Source: Bryobacterales bacterium (GTDB lineage Bacteria; Acidobacteriota; Terriglobia; Bryobacterales; UBA6623). From it: 64,000 nt of DNA. Each line of letters starts with the position of its first letter. Within the stretch, counting starts at the first letter, position 1. Shown here piece by piece: positions 60,074-64,000 of this stretch. The stretch covers positions 1,568,001 to 1,632,000 of the forward strand of contig OY729427.2 in the NCBI GenBank assembly GCA_963422375.2, given 5' to 3'. Made by a program: the position numbers and the translations under genes. Under the pieces are notes generated by a model. The model was not told where the DNA came from, did no database searches, and saw nothing but the letters and a program-made list of their open reading frames with translations.

Positions 60074-61378
60074 TCAGCTCGGCGATGGGCTCGCGAGCCC
60101 GCCGTCTGCCGACCACACGACTTTGCCGTCGATGATCGTCTTGACCGGGCCGCCCCGGAACGCCTGGCCGTCGAACGGGGAGTTCTTGCTCTTCGACAGC
60201 GTCGCTCCCACGTCGTATGTCCACTCTCGCTCGGTCGAGAAGAGCGTCAGGTCGGCCGCGCCGCCCGGGCGCAGGCGGCCTAGGCCGAGTCCGAGGCAGT
60301 CGCTGGCAGCGCTCGTGAAGAGCCCGACTAAGTCGACTAGGCTGACGCGCCCGCTGTGATAGAGGGTCTTCAGGGACAGCCCGAGGGCGGTCTCCAGCCC
60401 CGTCACGCCAAACGGGCAGCGCTCGAACTCCTGCATTTTCGTGTGCCCGGTGTGCGGCGCGTGGTCCGTGGCGATGCAATCGATGGTGCCGTCAGCCAGG
60501 CCGTCGATCGCCGCATCGATGTCGTGCTGCGTTCGCAGCGGCGGCTTCATCTTGAAGTTGGAATCGTAGCCCGGAATACGGCTGTCGGCTAGGGCGATGT
60601 GGTGCGGAGTCACTTCCGCCGTGACCGGAATCCCGAGCGACTTCGCGTGGCGCACCATGGCGATGGAGTTTGCCGTGGAAATGTGCGCGATGTGGACCCG
60701 CGCCCCCGTGTCCGCCGCGAGGATGATGTCTCTAGCAACCATGACGTCCTCGGAGCATCCCGGGATGCCTCCCAGTCCCAGGCGCATGCTCTGGATACCC
60801 TCGTGGATATCCCCCCCGGCGCTCAGCGACAGGTCCTCGCAGTGGTCGATGACCGTGAGCCCGAACGTGGCCGCGTACTTCATGGCCCGGCGCATCAGGC
60901 CCGAGTTCATGACCGGAACGCCGTCGTCGCTGATTGCCACGGCGCCCTCCGCCTGCATGGCTCCGATGTCGGCCAGCCGCTCTCCCCTGCTGCCCTTCGA
61001 GATCGCCCCGATCGGGAGGACGTGAACGACCGCCGTGCGGCGCGCGCGCTCCACGATGAAGCTCGTGACCTGAGCGGAGTCGTTGACGGGGAGGGTGTTC
61101 GGCATGCAGCACACGGTTGTGAAGCCGCCGGCCGCCGCCGCTCGCGAGCCGCTCTCGAGGGTCTCCGCATGCTCGATTCCAGGCTCGCGCAGGTGGACGT
61201 GGATGTCCACGAATCCCGGTGCCACGACGAGCTCGCCCGCGTCCAGCACTTCGGCCCCGGGGCACTCGATCCGCGGCTCGATCGCGACGATGCTGTCGCC
61301 GTCGATCAGGATGTCGCGCTTCGCATCGAGCCCGCTTTCCGGGTCGACCGTCCGTCCCTTGCGGATCAGCAGGCGCAT
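60074..61378 (-). CDS. pyrC: Dihydroorotase
   Basis: DIHVHLREPG, MPNT, SDDG, KMKPPLR, ATDHAPH. Confidence 0.95.
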   Translation of the reverse strand: MRLLIRKGRTVDPESGLDAKRDILIDGDSIVAIEPRIECPGAEVLDAGELVVAPGFVDIHVHLREPGIEHAETLESGSRAAAAGGFTTVCCMPNTLPVNDSAQVTSFIVERARRTAVVHVLPIGAISKGSRGERLADIGAMQAEGAVAISDDGVPVMNSGLMRRAMKYAATFGLTVIDHCEDLSLSAGGDIHEGIQSMRLGLGGIPGCSEDVMVARDIILAADTGARVHIAHISTANSIAMVRHAKSLGIPVTAEVTPHHIALADSRIPGYDSNFKMKPPLRTQHDIDAAIDGLADGTIDCIATDHAPHTGHTKMQEFERCPFGVTGLETALGLSLKTLYHSGRVSLVDLVGLFTSAASDCLGLGLGRLRPGGAADLTLFSTEREWTYDVGATLSKSKNSPFDGQAFRGGPVKTIIDGKVVWSADGGLASPSPS

Positions 61379-61391
61379 CGCGGCCTCGCCC

Positions 61392-62315
61392 CTAGGTCCC
61401 GCAGGCGCGTTCCAGCACCGCCATGCGGATCGCCACGCCGTTCTCTACCTGGCTCAGAATCAACGACCGCTGCGAGTCGGCGACTTCGCTCGAGATCTCG
61501 CGACCCCGATTGATCGGCCCCGGATGCATCACGATCGCGTCCGGCTTGGCGAGGCCGAGGTGTTTGAGGTTGAGCCCGTAGTACCGGAAATACTCGCTCT
61601 TCGGAAACAGCTCGACGTTCTGGCGCTCGAGCTGGACCCTCAGCATCATGATGACGTCCGCGTCGCGCACGGCCTCGCGCATGTCGTAGGCGAGGCTCAC
61701 CCCCGGCGCCAGGTGGGTCAAGTTCTTCGAGACGGTGGTCGCCGGCCCGCACGCGACGAGGTCCGCGCCGAACTTGGCGAGCAGGTGGATGTTCGAGCGC
61801 GCCACTCGCGAGTGCGCGATATCGCCGATGATCGCCACCCGCAGGCCCTCCAGCGTGCCCTTGACCTCGAGGATCGTCAGGGCGTCCAGCAGTGCCTGCG
61901 TCGGGTGCTCGTGGCGTCCGTCGCCCCCGTTGATCATCGCGGTGGCGAGGAACCGGGCTAGAAAGTGGGGGGCCCCGGAAGCCGCGTGCCGCATCACGAT
62001 GATGTCGGGATTCATCGCCGCGAGAGTATTGAGGGTGTCCACCAGCGACTCGCCTTTCGAGAGGCTGGTGCCCAACGCTTGGATCCCGATAATGTCCGCG
62101 CCCAGGCGCTTCGCCGCGATCTCGAAGCTGGTGCGCGTGCGCGTGGACGGCTCGAAGAAGAGATTGACGATCAAGCGCCCGAGAAGCGTGTTCAGCTTCT
62201 TGTTCGGCGGAACCGACTTGTAGTGGCGGCCTCGCTCGAGCAGGCGCTCGATCTCGACGCGGCCTAGGTCCTCCATGCCGAGCAGGTTGCGAGGGTTCGG
62301 AACCGGGCGCGGCAA
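61392..62315 (-). CDS. pyrB: Aspartate carbamoyltransferase catalytic subunit
   Basis: FFEPSTRT, HPTQ, HSRVARS, RVQLER, MHPGP; start estimated at TTG 62315. Confidence 0.93.
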   Translation of the reverse strand: MPRPVPNPRNLLGMEDLGRVEIERLLERGRHYKSVPPNKKLNTLLGRLIVNLFFEPSTRTRTSFEIAAKRLGADIIGIQALGTSLSKGESLVDTLNTLAAMNPDIIVMRHAASGAPHFLARFLATAMINGGDGRHEHPTQALLDALTILEVKGTLEGLRVAIIGDIAHSRVARSNIHLLAKFGADLVACGPATTVSKNLTHLAPGVSLAYDMREAVRDADVIMMLRVQLERQNVELFPKSEYFRYYGLNLKHLGLAKPDAIVMHPGPINRGREISSEVADSQRSLILSQVENGVAIRMAVLERACGT

Positions 62316-62386
62316 TCTCGGCGCAATCCTCCGTCCGTAACCATCATAGCGAGAGGCCTTCCGTGCCGAGGGCCTCGCGCCGCCCG

Positions 62387-63934
62387 TCAGGATGGGCCCG
62401 GGTTGACGACAGCGGCTGCGATCGAATCCACGAGGTGTCGAGTCGACGACGAGGCAAGGCCGAAGTTGTTCGCGAAGATCGAGAATGCGTACGCCCTGCC
62501 GTCGCCGGTCAGGGCGTAGCCCGACAGGGCCAGAACGTGGGACATCGAACCGGTCTTGGCGCGGATTCGACCGAGTGCCGCCGAGCGCCGGAAGCGCCAG
62601 TCGAGGGTGCCGTCTTGGCCGGCGACCGGTAGGCTGTCGAGGTAGGCTTGCCGGTTGCGGGAAGTCCACATGTGCTCCAGCAGCTGCACCGTGGCTCCTG
62701 GCGAGAGGAGGTTCTGACGGGACAGTCCCGAGCCGTCGCGCAGGACGAATTCGCCCGCGCCGATCCCGATCTCCGCGAGAAAGCGCCGCATGCTCGCCAC
62801 CGCGGCCTCGCGGCTGCCGATGCGTGCCTCCAGCAGGGCGACTTCCCTCATCAGCATCTCCGCGTGCAGGTTCTGGCTCTCCTTGTTGACCACGCGGATG
62901 GCCTCCGCGATGCTGCGGGAAGGGATCTCCGCTACCTTCCGGCCCGAGCGCGGAGCGGCCCGGCGGGTGCGCGAGCGCAGGCTGGGCAGCCGGTCGGGCA
63001 GCAGGTGATGCGCCCGCGCCCGTCCCTCGACTTCGACCCCTGCGTCGGTCAATGCCCGGCGCAGGGCGAGCGCGGCGAACCGCGCCGGGTCGAGAGCTGC
63101 CAGCTGCAGCGTCCTCCCGCTGGACCGCGCCGGGATCTGCCCCGAAACAACGACCTCGCCCGAGCGGATGCCGCGTCGCGCCTCCAGCCCGCGGCTGACG
63201 TGCCGGCCCGGCGTTGTCAGCGTGCGGTTCGCCAGCGTGTAAAAGGGCAGTGCCGGGAGGGGCAGCAGCCGCGCGGGCCCGCCCTCGGCCCCGGGCGCGA
63301 TCACTAGGTCGATCACGTTGTCGTTGAAGACCAATGCGCTGGCGGCGCTGCCGTAACCCTTCAGCGTGTCGGCATAGGCCCAGCCGCGGGTGTACGGCTG
63401 CCACACGTACCGCGAGCTGTCGCCGACGATGTCCCCGGAGACGCTGCGGATCCCTGCCTCTCGGACCTGCCGCGCCAGCCGGCGCATCGGCGCGAGCCGG
63501 TCGGCCGCAAAGTCGGCCTTCCTGCGGAACGGCAGCACGCGCGAGGAGAGGTTCGGGTCCCCGCCTCCGACGAGCCGCAGGTCGCCGTCCAAGCGGCCGT
63601 CCTCGCCGACTTGCCCGTCGGTCTCGACGGTCGTGGCGTGGACGTAGTCCGGGCCGAGCCGTTGCAGCGCCAGGGCGGTCGAGAACAGCTTCGCGTTCGA
63701 TGCCGGGACGAACAGCTTGTCGCGGTTGCGAGCGTAGATCGTCCCGCCGGTGTCGAGATCGCGCACGAGAATCCCCCAGAGGGTCCGCCTGGCTGCGGAA
63801 CGGCCTAGGAGCTCGTCGATGGCCGCCGCGAGCGCGCTGCCGCTGGCCCCGTCCTGCGGGCTTGCGGGACGCGCCAGCCCGCCGAGCAGGGCGCAGGCCA
63901 GCAGGATGAGGGTTGCCGCTCGCGCCGTCGCCAT
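62387..63934 (-). CDS. dacB: D-Ala-D-Ala carboxypeptidase/endopeptidase PBP4 (S13)
   Basis: PASNAK, SQN, DGSGLS, KTG; signal peptide. Confidence 0.92.
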   Translation of the reverse strand: MATARAATLILLACALLGGLARPASPQDGASGSALAAAIDELLGRSAARRTLWGILVRDLDTGGTIYARNRDKLFVPASNAKLFSTALALQRLGPDYVHATTVETDGQVGEDGRLDGDLRLVGGGDPNLSSRVLPFRRKADFAADRLAPMRRLARQVREAGIRSVSGDIVGDSSRYVWQPYTRGWAYADTLKGYGSAASALVFNDNVIDLVIAPGAEGGPARLLPLPALPFYTLANRTLTTPGRHVSRGLEARRGIRSGEVVVSGQIPARSSGRTLQLAALDPARFAALALRRALTDAGVEVEGRARAHHLLPDRLPSLRSRTRRAAPRSGRKVAEIPSRSIAEAIRVVNKESQNLHAEMLMREVALLEARIGSREAAVASMRRFLAEIGIGAGEFVLRDGSGLSRQNLLSPGATVQLLEHMWTSRNRQAYLDSLPVAGQDGTLDWRFRRSAALGRIRAKTGSMSHVLALSGYALTGDGRAYAFSIFANNFGLASSSTRHLVDSIAAAVVNPGPS

Positions 63935-64000
63935 CCCGTAGTCAGCCAAAGTCAGCCAAGGAAGCGGGCCGCATCCAGCGCGAAATAGGTCACGATGAAG

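Noticed and set aside
62316..63404. N-terminal extension giving a 670-aa PyrB fusion
   Set aside because: It overlaps dacB in another frame; artefact of start choice.

Overview
High-GC chromosomal segment spanning the replication origin of an Acidobacteriota bacterium, most likely Bryobacterales. The assignment is inferred from 16S motifs, the Oar-type TonB receptor, a TIGR03437-like domain and the PSD1/DUF1501 genes. Core content: rpsA (partial), a complete rRNA operon (16S-tRNAAla-tRNAIle-23S-5S, minus strand), sodA, hsp20-clpB, dciA-gatCA-rsmI, leuB, dnaA-oriC-dnaN-gyrB, larE, bcp and dacB-pyrB-pyrC. Three lower-GC relic islets are interspersed: (1) a collapsed BREX type 3 locus with a PIN toxin-antitoxin pair and a decayed IS110 that retains its long 5' non-coding end; (2) a group II intron relic and a DUF4365 two-gene module hit by two inverted copies of a 255-bp MITE; (3) an MmeI-like methylase pseudogene. 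Most interesting intact features: two paralogous secreted tandem-Cache proteins with four Cys-pair repeats and no output domain, flanking a sulfatase next to a PSD1/DUF1501 pair; a 1.2-kaa NHL/TIGR03437 surface protein with nested tail-sheath-like domains; an oriC whose non-canonical boxes parallel substitutions in DnaA domain IV; and a 16S gene mismatching 27F and EUB338/341F. All family calls come from recalled motifs, not database searches.
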